A stretch of 64,000 bases of DNA from Polyangiales bacterium (GTDB lineage: Bacteria; Myxococcota_A; Polyangia; Polyangiales; JADJQN01): NCBI GenBank assembly GCA_964202905.1, contig CAXNJO010000002.1, positions 728,494 through 792,493 on the forward strand, in the 5' to 3' direction. Positions 29,423 through 40,885 of the stretch are shown here, piece after piece. The notes beneath the pieces were generated by a model that saw only the letters and a list, made by a program, of their open reading frames with translations, was not told the DNA's origin and made no database searches. Position numbers and translations under genes: made by a program. Every line of letters begins with the position of its first letter. Position 1 is the stretch's first letter.

Positions 29423-31640
29423 CTACAGGACGTCGACGAGCACCTGGTACGCGCCGCCCGGCGAACCGAAGCCACCCGAGCGCCGCGTGCGGATGTAGTA
29501 CGAGCCCGCCGGCAACACGCCCGTCGTGAGCGACGAGCAGATCATGGCGAGACCCCCGTTGTCGTCGGAGGCGACGGCCATCGGCATCGAGCCGTCGAGC
29601 TCCGCGCACGTCGACGTCACGCCCGAGAACACCTCGACGAGCGTGTCCGCCGTGCAGCCACCGGCGCCGTTGCTGGTCGAGATCGCGAGGCGCGCGGGCG
29701 CGGCGAGCCGCACCTCGAAGGTGTCGACGTCCGCGGCGCCGCCCACAGTCAGCTCGCCCACGAAGAGCGTGTCGCCGGTCGAGGGGCCCTGCGCGTCGCA
29801 GAACGAGGCGTTCGGCGCCGCGTCGTTGATGACGGAGACCGCGCTACACGTCCCGCCGAGGCAGGCGGTACCGGCGGCGCAGCGCGTGCTCGTCGAGGCC
29901 GCGTCACACGCGGCGCCCGCCGCCACCGTGGTGATGACGTTGATGGTCACGTTGTAGGAGCCGCTCGCGTCGACGATCACGTAGTAGCGGCCCGCGGGCA
30001 CCTCGGCGGTCGTGACCTCGAGGCGTGCGCCACCCGTCGTGTCGCAGACGAGGTCGGCCGTCGGGCCGCACGCGCCGGCGCCGCGGATGTAGAGGGTGCT
30101 GCGGCCATCGACCATGCCGCGCGCGCGGGCCGTGATGACGCCCGGCGCCGCGAGATCGACGAAGTACAGGTCCTCGTCGAAGCCCACGTCCGCGCCGCAG
30201 GTCGGCGCGAGATCATCGACGGCGCCCGCGCCGCCGAGCGTCGCGGTGACCGCGGTGCCGAGCATGGCCGCCTCGGCCGTCGTGCAGATCGCGGCCGCCG
30301 GATCGACGCACGTGGCCGCGCCCCCATCGCCCGCACAGGAGAAGCCGTCTTCGCAGCGATTGTCGAGGCCCTCCGGATCGCACGCGCCACCGCCACCGAC
30401 GATGGCGCGCAGCCGCGCGGAGACCTCGAACTCGCCCTCGAGCACGTCGCCCGGCGCGGTTGCCGAAGCCGTCGACGAGCACGAAGTACTCGCCGGCCGC
30501 GTTCGGCACGACGACCTCTTCCGGCGCGTCGGTGTTCGCGTCGGCGCAGCCCACGGCGCTCCCCACATCGCCGCACGCCGACTCGATCGTCAGCACCGGG
30601 TCGAAGTTGTCCGCGGCGTAGTTCGTCGGCGCGACGGTGACGACGAGGTCGTGCATGCCGGCCGGCACCGTCACGCGGAACGCGCGCTCGGGCGAGTCGC
30701 CGTCGCGCGAGCAGGACGGCGCGTAGCGGTTCTCGGCGCCGACGGTGGTGCCGCCGATGGGCGCGGCGCCGAGCGTGAGCGTGCGCGCCGCATCAACGCA
30801 GATCGACTCGGGCGTGCGGCAGAGGAAGGCGCCCGCGGCGTCCGCGGTGCACTCGGCGCCGTCCACGCAGACCCCCGTCGCGCCCATCGGATCGCACGGG
30901 CCGCCGACCGCGATGCGCGTCGTGACGGTGAGACCGAGTTCGTACGCGCCGGACTCGCCGCCCGCGCCATCGACGAACGCGAAGTACGTGCCCGCGGGCA
31001 GCGACGAGAGCGTGAGCGTGTCGCCGGCGGGCGCGGCCGACTCGCAGCCGAGCTCGCTCGTGCGGCTCGCGCAGTCGCTGCGGACGTAGAGCGCCGCGTT
31101 GAAGTCGGTCGCTGCGGCATCCGTCGTGAGCGTGACGTCCGACTCGGCGTAGAGGGTGAAGAAGAACGTGTTCTCGCCGGCCGTGCCGCCGCCGCACGAG
31201 CCGCTCGCCGCGCTCATCGTGCCGCCCGTGTCGCCGCGCACCGTCGCGCCCGCGATGAGTTCACGCGGCGCCGCGCCTCCCGGACACACATCCGACTCGA
31301 CCGTGCACGAGGCGTCACAACCATCCCCTGTCGTGGTGTTCCCGTCGTCGCACTGCTCGGGCGCGACGAGCACGCCGTCGCCGCAGACGTTCGGCGGACC
31401 GGCATCGACGAAGCCGAGATCCGGCTCGCCGAGATCGACGTCGATCGGGCCGCCGTCGACATCGGGTCCCCCATCCAAGGGAACATCGCCGTCGGGGATC
31501 ACGGCATCCGGAAGGTCTCCGTCCACCATCGAGACGGCGCCGTCTTCGGTGTCGGCGACCTTCGATGACGAGCAGCCCGCGCTGAGGAGCACGGGCGCGG
31601 CGAGACATGCTGCGAGGAAGACAAGGGTATGGTGGCGCAT
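29423..31640 (-). CDS. DUF4215 (myxococcal Cys-rich repeat) and PPC-like domain lipoprotein; one frameshift near 30460
   Basis: Lipobox SAGC, CGDGVL...EQCDDGN..GDGC, repeated LPAGTYF/Y beta-sandwich motifs. ORFs 30213..31640 and 29423..30568 join if one extra base near 30460 is removed. Confidence 0.75.
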
Positions 31641-31713
31641 GGGTTTCCCTTCGGAGAGACGGCGGCGAAGCTAGCACGCGCCGCGGTGCGCCACGGGGCA
31701 CCCCCCGCGAGGT

Positions 31714-34700
31714 TCAGGGGGCGATGGCGAAGGCGTCAACCCCGAAGCCGTCGTCGGTGAGCGTCGCGTCGGAGTTGAACACGAAGCGGAAGCGCACGAG
31801 CGGGCGACCGGCGACGCCGGCGAGCGGATGCGAGGCCGTGCGCCACGCGCCCGACATGCCGGTGTTGCCGCTCCACGTGTCGGTCGCCGCATCCGAGTAC
31901 CAGTTCGTGCCCGTAGCGGCGCTGCCGAGCTTCGTCCAGGTCAGCCCGTCGGTCGTGACCTCGAGCCAGCCCACGTCGCCCATTGCACGCGTGCGGAAGA
32001 TGTGGAGGAACGAGACCGTCCGGATCCGCCGTCACCGCGCCGAAGTCGAAGCACGGCGACTGCAGGTAGCTCAGTTCGCTGTTGTTGTGGTTGCCGCCGA
32101 GGCTCGTCGCCCAGGCGCGGGTGCCCTCGCCTGCGCGGCTGGTGAACGTCGTGCTCCCCGGGATGCCGCGGGCCCACGAGCTCGCCGTCCCGCTCGCCGC
32201 CCAGCCGCCCGCGGTCACCTCGAAGCCCTCGAGGTAGGCGGGCGTGGCGGCGAGCACCGTGCTCGCGCCGATCGTGAACGACGCGGTCGCGCCATCGTTC
32301 ACCAGGCTCGTGTCGCCGGCGACGGACACCGAGCCCGTCACCGTGCGTGCGCCCACGGTGAGCGCGAACGGCGTCGCGAACGTGTGCACGTAGGTCTCGC
32401 CGGGGCGCAGCGTGCGCGTGACCATCTCCGTCACGGGCGTGCCACCGTCGACCGCGTACGACAGCGTGAAGGCGCCGACGTTCGTGGTGCCGTCGTTGCG
32501 GACCGTCGCGCGGATCGGGAGCTGCGCGCCAGCGCACGCGACGGGCGGCGTCGCCTCGAACGCGGAGAGCGCGAGGTCGACGATCTGATCGGCCACGCGC
32601 ACGTCGTCGATGCCGAAGCCCTCGTACTCGATGCTGCCGTCCGAATCGAACACGAAGCGCAGGCGCACGTCCGCGCGACCGGCGACGCCGCTGACCGCGA
32701 GCGACGCCGTGCGCCACACGCCCGACGCGCCGCTCATGCCGCTCCACCACTGCCGCGTGGTGTTCGTGTACCAGTTCGAGCCCTCGCCGACCGCGCCGAC
32801 CTTGCGCCAGGTCACGCCGCCATCGACCGACACCTCGAGCCAGCTCCCGTCGGGGAAGGCCTCGGTCTCGTAGATGTGCGAGAAGGACACGCGCACCGTC
32901 GCCGCGTGATCGTGCCGAGAGATCGATAGGCGGCGAGGTGAGGTACGAGAGTTCGTTCGCGTTGTAGTCGCCCGCGAGGTTCGTCACCCACGCGTTGTTC
33001 CCCGAGGCCGCGCGCGGGATGAACGTGCCCGCAGGCCGGCCCCACGCCCAGCTCGAGGACGTGCCGCTCGCCGTCCAGCCGCCGGCGCCGGCCTCGAAGT
33101 CCTCGAGGTACTCGAAGCGGGGACCGCAGAGACCGCTCGCGTCCGGGAAGAGCGTCACGTCACCGTCGTTGCAGTCGAGGTCGCAGGCGACGCCGTCGCG
33201 GTCGCCGTCGACGAGCGCGTCGCTCGTCGCGGGGTCGCAGTCGTCGTCGAGCGTGTTGCCGCAGAACTCGAGCGCCGCCGGCGAGACGCGGGCGTTGGCG
33301 TCGTCGCAGTCGCCACAGCTCCCGACGCACGCGGCGCCGCACGCGATGTCTGCGAACCCATCGCGATCGTCGTCCTCGCCGGGGCCATCGAGGAGCGTGT
33401 CGCAGTCGTTGTCGACGCCGTCACACAGCTCGGTCCCGCCCGGCCGCACGGTCGCGAACGCGTCGTCGCAGTCCACGTTGCAGAGGGAGCCGTCCCCGTC
33501 GCCGTCGAAGCGATCCGGGGTCACGGCGTCGCAATCGTCGTTCAGCGTGTTGTTGCAGATCTCGGGGCAGGTCGGACACGTCGTCGCGCGGAAGTCGTCG
33601 CAGTCCTCTTCGCAGCTCGCAGCCGTCGCGATCGGCGTCGAAGACGTCCGGCCGTCCCGGGGTCGCAGTCGTTGTCGATCGCGTCGCCGCAGAGCTCGCG
33701 CGTCAGCGGGCTGCGCAGCGCGTCCGCGTCGTCGCAATCGAAGTTGCACGTCGAGCCGTCCATGTCGGCGTCGAGCGCGTCGCGCGTGGCGCGGTCGCAG
33801 TCCTCGTCGACGCGGTTGCAAGGGATCTCGGGCATCCCGGGGCGCACCATCGGATCTTCGTCGTTGCAGTCCGTCCCCCCGCACGCCTGATCCGTCGCCC
33901 CGTCGAGGTCGAGGTCGTCGCACATCGAGCAGAGCGGCGTCGCCGCGCAATCCGCGGCGCAGTTCGAGCAGGTCTCGCCGGCCTCGCACATCCCGTTGCC
34001 GCAACTCGAGGGCTCGCGCAGACACCCCGCGGTACACGCATCTCCGTTGATGGTATTTCCGTCGTCGCACTCCTCGTCGGCCACGCCGTTGACGCGCCGA
34101 TCGCCGCAGATCACCGCCGTGCAGTCGGCGTCGCACTCCGCGGAGTCGCCGCCGTCGTCGCACGCCTCGCCCGCGTCGAGCCGGCGATCGCCGCAGACGG
34201 GGCCGCTCGACGTGCAGACGGACGGCGTGCCCGTGCACGTCCAGCCGGACTCCACCGAACAAAACGCGCTGCAGCCATCCCCCGCCGCCGCGCCGAGATC
34301 GTCGCACGCCTCGAGCCCGGTGACGAGACCATCACCGCACACCGCGCCGCCGCGCGGCACCTCTCCGCGCGAGGTGCAGCCCACGAGCAGCGCGCCGCCG
34401 ACGACGGCCACGCCGACCAGGGCGCGCTGCGTCGTCGCGCGCGGCGACAAGCCCCGCGCGCGACGGCGACGCCGCACGCCCACCACCGCCGCGAGCCCCG
34501 CGAGCGCCAGCATCGCGGCCGCGCCGGACTCCGACGACGCCGGCGCCCCCGGCGCGCTGCACGCGCAGCCGCTCGCCTCCGCGGGCGGCGCGGTGAGGCG
34601 GCCCGCGTCCGGGGTGCCGCCCAGGTCGCTCCCCATCGTGCCGCCGTCGACCTGCGGCGTGCCCGCGTCGACCATCGGCGGCGGCGGCGGGACCAGACAC

Positions 34701-36106
34701 TCGCCGCGCTCGCAGCGCTGCCCGGCGGGGCACACGACACCATCGCACGCGTTCGCGCAGCGCCCCTCGCGGCAGACGCGCCCCGGCCCGCAGCGCACGC
34801 CGAGACACGCCTCCGCCACACACGCGCCCGTCTCCTCGCAGGCCTCGCCCGCGGGGCAGCCGTCCACCTCGCAGCGCGTGCGGCAGGTGCCCTCGGCGCA
34901 GACCTCGCAGGCGCCGCACTCGACCGCCGCGCAGAGGTCCTGACAGCTGCCGCCGACGCAGTTCTGACCCGGCGGACACACGATGCCGCCGCACACGCCG
35001 ACGCACGTCCCCGCGACGCAGCGCTCGCCGCCCGGACACGTCACCGTGGCGCAGGCATCCTCTTCGCAGACGCCCGCAGGCGAGCACGTGAAGCCCGTGT
35101 CGCAGCCGCCCTCGAAGCACGGCCGGATGCAGCGCCCGGCCACGCACACGTCGACGTCGCCGCAGAGTCGCGGGTCCTCGTCGACCGCGCCGTCGCAGTC
35201 GTTGTCGAAGGCGTCGCAGACCTCGGGTCCCGCCGCGACGATCGGCTGGCACTCGATTCCCGCGCGGGCGCAGCGCGTCCGGCCCTCGGCGCAGACGCCG
35301 ACCGCGCCGTCGATGGTGCACGGGTCACCCGCGTCCGGGCACTCGATCACGCCGCGTCGGATGCGGAAACGCCACACCCCCGGCTCACCCACGTTGGAAT
35401 CGTCGCAGACGACGCGGCTGATCCCCGCCATGCGCGACCCCATGATGGAGACGAAATCGGCGAGGTTGCCGGCGTCGAAACCGACCTGCGCGGGCGTGCC
35501 GCCGAAGCCGCCCGTGCCGCCGCTCGCGTCGCCCGTCTCCCACCCGCACTGCGTGTAGCGGAACTCGACGTCGAAATCGCCGGGGATGCCGCAGTAGCGG
35601 GCCTCGTTGAGGATCAGCTGGAAGGTCATCTGCCGCGAGTCGTCGCAGCTGAAGTACCCCACGCGATCCCAGGTCACGACCATGCGCCCCGGCTCGAGGT
35701 GCCACCAGACGCCGTTGGTCGTCGGGCTCGCGCAGCCGCGGTCCCCGCCGAAGCCGGCGCACGTCGCGCCGCGGATGTCGACGTCGGCCCAGTAGGGCGC
35801 GATCATCGGGCGATCCGCGACGGGGAAGGCCGTCGGCGTGAACGTCGAGAGCGGCCCGGCGAACGTGATGTTGCCGTTCGTGTTCACGTAGCCCGTCGTG
35901 TGCCGAATGCCGAAGAACTCGAGCCCGCCCGGGAAGGCGGTCGTGAGATCGATGAGCCGCGACGAACCATCGTCGTTCGTCGACAGGCAGTCGGTGCCGT
36001 AGCCGCGCGCGCCGCCGAGCGTGTCGACGAGGGTCGGCTGCGCGAGGGCGCGCGCAGGCAGGAACGAAGCGAGGGCGGCGAACAGGCAGAAAGCGATTCG
36101 GTTCAC
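31714..36106 (-). CDS. Large surface protein: NIDO-like domain, Cys-rich stalk, internal MYXO-CTERM, second lipoprotein signal, DUF4215, MopE-type repeats, MAM/adhesin-like and CARDB-like domains; several frameshifts
   Basis: IAPYWADVD and SNVGEPGVW NIDO motifs; E.CDG.DNDCD repeats; two W.EVS.DG..W domains. Continuity is restored by correcting indels near 33652, 33621, 32910 and 32020. Confidence 0.65.
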
Positions 36107-36275
36107 GGTGCGCTCCAGGGCGGCAAGCAGGGCACGCGCGCGGGGCGGGACGCTCACGCGGCGCGGGGGAAGACGCTATCACGGCGTGTGACGCGCGCGC
36201 AGCGGCGCGGTGTCGGACACGGGGCGGCGGACCCACGGGGACGGGGCGTGATCCAGCGCGATATGCTCGGCGCCC

Positions 36276-36908
36276 ATGACGAACGCCTCCACGATCGAGC
36301 TCTTCTTCGACATCGGCTCCCCCTACAGCTACCTCGCCGCCGCCGAAGTCGGCGCGCTCTCAGCGCGCACGGGCGTGCCGGTCCGCTGGCGGCCCTTCCT
36401 GCTCGGCGCGGTGTTCAAGGCGAGCGGCAACGACATGCCCGCCCGCGTCGCGGCGAAGGCGCGCTGGATGCTCGGCGACCTCACCCGCTGGGCCACGCTC
36501 TACGGCATCCCCTTCCGCATGTCGTCGCGCTTCCCGCTGAACACGCTCCGCACGCAGCGCGCGATCGCGGCGGTGGCGCTCGCGGCGGGCGAGCAGGCCA
36601 TTCCCGACTTCGCGCTGGCGCTCTTCCGCGCGTACTGGGTCGACGACCGCGACGTGTCCGCCGACGCCGAGATCGCCGGCATCGCCGCGGGTGTCGGGCT
36701 CGACGGCGCCGCGGTCGTCGCCGCGATCGACGCACCGGCCACGAAGGACGCGCTCCGCGCGAGCACCGAGGAAGCCGTCGCGCGCGGCGCCTTCGGTGCG
36801 CCGACGCTGTTCTGGGAGGACGCGATGTTCTGGGGCAACGACCGCCTGCTGCTGCTCGAGGCCGCGATCACCGGCGACGACGGCGTGCGCGCGCGGCTCG
36901 GGACGTGA
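36276..36908 (+). CDS. 2-hydroxychromene-2-carboxylate isomerase / GST-kappa (DsbA family)
   Basis: FFDIGSPYSYL, PFLLG, GAFGAPT, FWGNDRL. Confidence 0.92.
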   Translation: MTNASTIELFFDIGSPYSYLAAAEVGALSARTGVPVRWRPFLLGAVFKASGNDMPARVAAKARWMLGDLTRWATLYGIPFRMSSRFPLNTLRTQRAIAAVALAAGEQAIPDFALALFRAYWVDDRDVSADAEIAGIAAGVGLDGAAVVAAIDAPATKDALRASTEEAVARGAFGAPTLFWEDAMFWGNDRLLLLEAAITGDDGVRARLGT

Positions 36909-36949
36909 GCGGGGCGCGGCGGCAGCGCCGTCGTCTGCGGCCCAGCATC

Positions 36950-39019
36950 ATGCATCCATGCGCATGGACGCATGGGGTCGCGCTGCTCCTCGCCTCGCTG
37001 ATCGCAGCGGTCGTCGCCGCGTGCGGCGCCCGGGACGCAGGCCTCGGGGCGTCGCTGCGCGGGCCGCTGCCGCCCCCACGCACCCCGGACCCGTGGGCCG
37101 TGCCGCGCGCCGACGCACCGGTCCGCGCGCCCGCGGACGCCCCCGACTTCGCGCACCGCATCGACGACGCGGAGACCTGGCGACGGCTCGCCGCGCGCCC
37201 GGAGAACGAGGTCTTCGCCCGCACCGAGGTCGTGAAGTTTCTGATCGACCTCGCCGACGCGCGCCGGCTCTGGCTCGTGCAGACCGAGCGCTTCCCGATC
37301 CACTACGAATTCGCGCGCCGCTTCCTCTCGGGCCCGGCGCCCATCGAGTCGCACGCGGCGTTCAACGTGCGCGAGTACCGGCGCCCCGATCGCCGCTTTA
37401 TCTGCGGAACCGTCGTGCACCACCTCGATGCGGACGCGTGGACCTTCGAGATGCTCGCCGGCGACGACCTCGACGCGCCGCGCATCGCCGAGGCGTTCGC
37501 GCAGGTCCGCGCGGCCTTGCACGTCGGCCCGCGGCTCCGCTACCGCCCGCTCTCGGCGCTGCACGAAGCGCGGGTCGCCGAGGTCCCCGGGCGGCTCGAG
37601 GTCGTGACGACGGACCAGCTCCTGGGCGGCGTCGCGTACCAGCCGCTCACGACGGGCACCACGTACGGCGTGCTGCGGATCGTGCGCGGCGCGCTCGATC
37701 CAGCGACCGTCGGCGCGCAGGAGATCCTCGTGACCGCCGAGGTCCCCGATGATCTGCCGATGGCCATGGGCCTCGTCACCGCGCGCCTGCAAGCGCCGCT
37801 CGCGCACGTCGCCCTGCTGAGCGCGAACCGCGGCACGCCGAACATGGCCTTGCGGGGCGCGGTCGACGATCCGCGCTTCAGCGCGCTCGAGGGCCGCGTC
37901 GTACGGCTCCACGTCGGGCCGCAGGACTTCGCGATCGCGGAGGCCCCGGGCGCCGAGGCGGAAGCCGCATGGGCCGCTCGCCGCCCCGCGCAGACCTTCA
38001 CACCGACGCTCGATCTCAGAGGCCGCGCGCTGCGCGAGGTGTGCGACGTCGGCCGCGCGCAGCTCGGCGAGGTGGGCGCGAAGGCCGCGCAGCTGGGCGA
38101 GGTGTGCAGGCTCGGCGACGCGCTCCGGGCGGCAGGCGGCGACGTGCGGACGCCGGGCGGCTTCGTGATCCCGACGACCCTCTACGTCGACCACCTCGTG
38201 CGCGCGGACATCGCGCCGCGGCTCGGCGCGACGTTCGCGGAGCCAGCCTTCCGCGCCGATCGCAGCACGCGCGACGCACGCCTCGCGGCGCTACGCGTAT
38301 CGATCGCCGCGGCGCCCGTCGACGCCGCCCTGCTCCGCCTCGTGCGCGCGCGGCTCGCGCGCTTTCCGGCGGGCCGCGCGATCCTGCGCTCGAGCACGAA
38401 CGCCGAGGATCTCCCCGGCTTCAACGGCGCAGGTCTCTACGAGTCGGTCGTCCTCGCGACGGACGCCGACGACGCGGCGCTCGCGGACGCGCTCCGCCGC
38501 GTGTGGGCGAGCGTTTTCACGCTGCGCGGCTTCGAGGAGCGCGATTGGTTCCGCATCGATCCGCTCTCGGTCGCGATGGCCGTGCTCGTGCAGCCCTTCG
38601 TGCCGCACGCGGTGGCCAACGGCGTCGCGATCACGCGCAACCCCTTCAACGAAGGACGCCCCGCGGTCTTCCTCAACGCGCAGGCGACCGGCGGCAGCGT
38701 CACCGGCGCGCGCGACGAGGTGCCCGAGCAGCACCTCGTCTACACGTACACCGAGCAGCTCGAGCCCGAGCGCCTCGGCCGCTCGTCGCGCACCGGCGGA
38801 ACCGACGTGCTCGACGCGGACGACGTCCTGCGCGTCGCCCGCGTGCTCCAGCGCCTGCACGACACGCTCGTGCCGACGTACGGCACCCACGCGAACGCCG
38901 TCGACGTCGAGTTCCTGATCTCCGCGCCGCCCGGCGGACGCGAGCGCGTGCTTTACCTCGTGCAAGCCCGCCCTTACCGCGTCGCGTACACCGACGGGCA
39001 GCGCTACCCGCGGCGCTGA
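36950..39019 (+). CDS. PEP/pyruvate-binding (PPDK_N ATP-grasp) domain lipoprotein
   Basis: Lipobox VAAC; GAKAAQLG, LRSSTNAED...GAGLYES, VWAS, MAVLVQ, DVEF, LVQARP. Confidence 0.82.
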   Translation: MHPCAWTHGVALLLASLIAAVVAACGARDAGLGASLRGPLPPPRTPDPWAVPRADAPVRAPADAPDFAHRIDDAETWRRLAARPENEVFARTEVVKFLIDLADARRLWLVQTERFPIHYEFARRFLSGPAPIESHAAFNVREYRRPDRRFICGTVVHHLDADAWTFEMLAGDDLDAPRIAEAFAQVRAALHVGPRLRYRPLSALHEARVAEVPGRLEVVTTDQLLGGVAYQPLTTGTTYGVLRIVRGALDPATVGAQEILVTAEVPDDLPMAMGLVTARLQAPLAHVALLSANRGTPNMALRGAVDDPRFSALEGRVVRLHVGPQDFAIAEAPGAEAEAAWAARRPAQTFTPTLDLRGRALREVCDVGRAQLGEVGAKAAQLGEVCRLGDALRAAGGDVRTPGGFVIPTTLYVDHLVRADIAPRLGATFAEPAFRADRSTRDARLAALRVSIAAAPVDAALLRLVRARLARFPAGRAILRSSTNAEDLPGFNGAGLYESVVLATDADDAALADALRRVWASVFTLRGFEERDWFRIDPLSVAMAVLVQPFVPHAVANGVAITRNPFNEGRPAVFLNAQATGGSVTGARDEVPEQHLVYTYTEQLEPERLGRSSRTGGTDVLDADDVLRVARVLQRLHDTLVPTYGTHANAVDVEFLISAPPGGRERVLYLVQARPYRVAYTDGQRYPRR

Positions 39020-39029
39020 CCGCGGCCAC

Positions 39030-39199
39030 CCGACCCACGTTGTGACCGCGGCGAACCGACCCACGTTGTGGCGCTACCCGCGACGCTGACCGCGACGCTA
39101 ACCGCGGCCACCCGACCCACGTTGTGACCGCGGCGAACCGACCCACGTTGTGGCGCCCCGACCCACGTTGCGCCCACCGCGGCGCCCCGACCCACGTTG
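39030..39199 (+). repeat. Cluster of 6 CCGACCCACGTTG repeats (REP-like), left of the Y1 transposase
   Basis: Copies start at 39030, 39056, 39112, 39138, 39158 and 39187. Confidence 0.9.
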
Positions 39200-39446
39200 C
39201 CATCGGAACTCCAAGTCGTATCGACCTACGCTGTGCCCACGGCCCCGACCACCCCCCAGACCGCAGGTCGACCAAACCCACCTTGAGCGCCCGCATTCTC
39301 CGCGACCGACGCAGCCGGCCTCGTCGACCAGGGCGCCGCCAGTGCGCGGTCCGCCGACGGGCGCCACCGACTCCGCCATGTTTGCGCTGCAACCCCCTGA
39401 AATCACAGAGTCGTTCTGCGGCACGCCGCCTGCGCTACGCGCCGCC

Positions 39447-40352
39447 ATGCCGTCTCCCCGCCAAATCTTGCCCGGCTCCACGTACCTCGTCACACGCCGC
39501 ACGTTACGACGGCACTTTCTTCTCCGCCCTGACCCCGAGTTGCGCACGATCGTGGTCTACATGCTCGCCGTCAGCGCACGACGACATGGCATCGTCGTCC
39601 ATGGGTTCTGCGTGCTGTCGACGCACATTCACCTCGTCGTGAGTGACCTGCAGGGCGAATTGCCGCGTTTTCTCGAGTACTTTCATCGACTGTTGGCGCT
39701 CGCGACGAAAGTGCTGCGGAGATGGGAGGGCGCGGTGTGGGACCACGAGCAGACGTCGTTGGTCAGGCTCGAGACCAGCGAGGCGATCGTCGACAAACTC
39801 GGCTATGTGCTTGCCAATCCAGTGACCGCTGGACTCGTCCGGTATGCGCGCGATTGGCCGGGGGCGAAGAGCCATCCCGACGACCTCGGCGGAGGTCGCA
39901 TGCGTGCGGCGAGGCCACGCGTCTACCTGAGCCAGGAAGGGAGGAAGCGCTGGCCCGCGTTCGCGGATCTCGAACTGGGGTTACCCTCGGACGTCGAGCC
40001 CGACGCGGCCGAAGTCTGGCGCGCCGCCGTCAAGCGGTCGGTCGCCGCGCATGAATCACGTGCCCGCACCGAGCTCGCGCGACAAGGGAGGAGGTTCTCC
40101 GGCGCGAACCGCGCAACATCGGTCTCGCCGTATGATCGCGCGACCAGTGAAGAACCGACCCGCAAACGCAACCCCACTTTCGCCGTCAGCAGCGTACCCG
40201 GGGCTTTCTCCGCCGCCGTCGTGGCGCTACGGGCCTTCCGAGCCGCCTACCGCGTAGCGCTCACACGCTGGCGAGCTGGGTTTCGCGACGTTGTGTTTCC
40301 AATCGGAACGTGGTGGATGCGCAAAGCCCATTCCGCCATCGTCGCGACGTAG
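39447..40352 (+). mobile_element. Y1/HUH transposase, REP-associated tyrosine transposase (RAYT)-like
   Basis: TYLVTRR, HUH motif STHIHLV, catalytic-type YVLANPV..GLV...DW; flanked by repeat clusters. Confidence 0.85.
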
Positions 40353-40657
40353 AGGACTTCGCTCCCCACCACGTCGCACGCGCGAGGACGAGGTTGGCGA
40401 CGACGCGAGCGCGTCCTCGGGGGGCGAGGCACGCGCGCACGGAGAGCCGGAGCGACTGACATTGACGGGCTGAAGCGGCTGCGCGGCAATGAAGCGAGCG
40501 GCTTTCAACACTATTGGAGATCGCACGCTGATGCGCGTGCGAAATGCGTCATTGGGTCATTCGGCTCGCTGCCCGAAGGTGGCGCAGCGAATCATCAGTT
40601 GTGCGACCTCGGTGACATCCTACTGCCCTCCTACGCGCACGACATCGGTGATGTTCG

Positions 40658-40772
40658 CGCGACGTGGGTCAGCTATCGCAACGTGGGTGAGGTTGCACCG
40701 GTCGGGGGACTCAGCCCGTCTGCGCGCAACGTGGGTGAGGTTGCCCCAGTCGTGGGACTCAGGCCGTTCGCA
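40658..40772 (-). repeat. Inverted-orientation copies of the same core (CAACGTGGGT) right of the transposase, including a 2x48-bp tandem
   Basis: CGCGACGTGGGTCAG at 40658; CGCAACGTGGGTGAGGTTGC at 40677 and 40725, each with a GCAAC-9nt-GTTGC hairpin. Confidence 0.85.
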
Positions 40773-40885
40773 CGCACCGCAGCGAGGACAGGGCCGCCAG
40801 CCGCAACCATGCTCGCGCGGGAACCCCTGACCTCGCGACACCGACAGCGACGAGGGCGCGCACCGTTGCGCCGTGTCCGCCGAGC

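Noticed and set aside
35381..35396. Extra copy of the GGCTCACCCACGTTG repeat core
   Set aside because: On the coding strand it encodes SNVGEPG, a conserved NIDO-domain motif; single copy, probably coincidence
40489..40830. Small ORFs downstream of the Y1 transposase (possible TnpB remnant)
   Set aside because: No RuvC or zinc-finger motifs; translations are dominated by the repeat sequence
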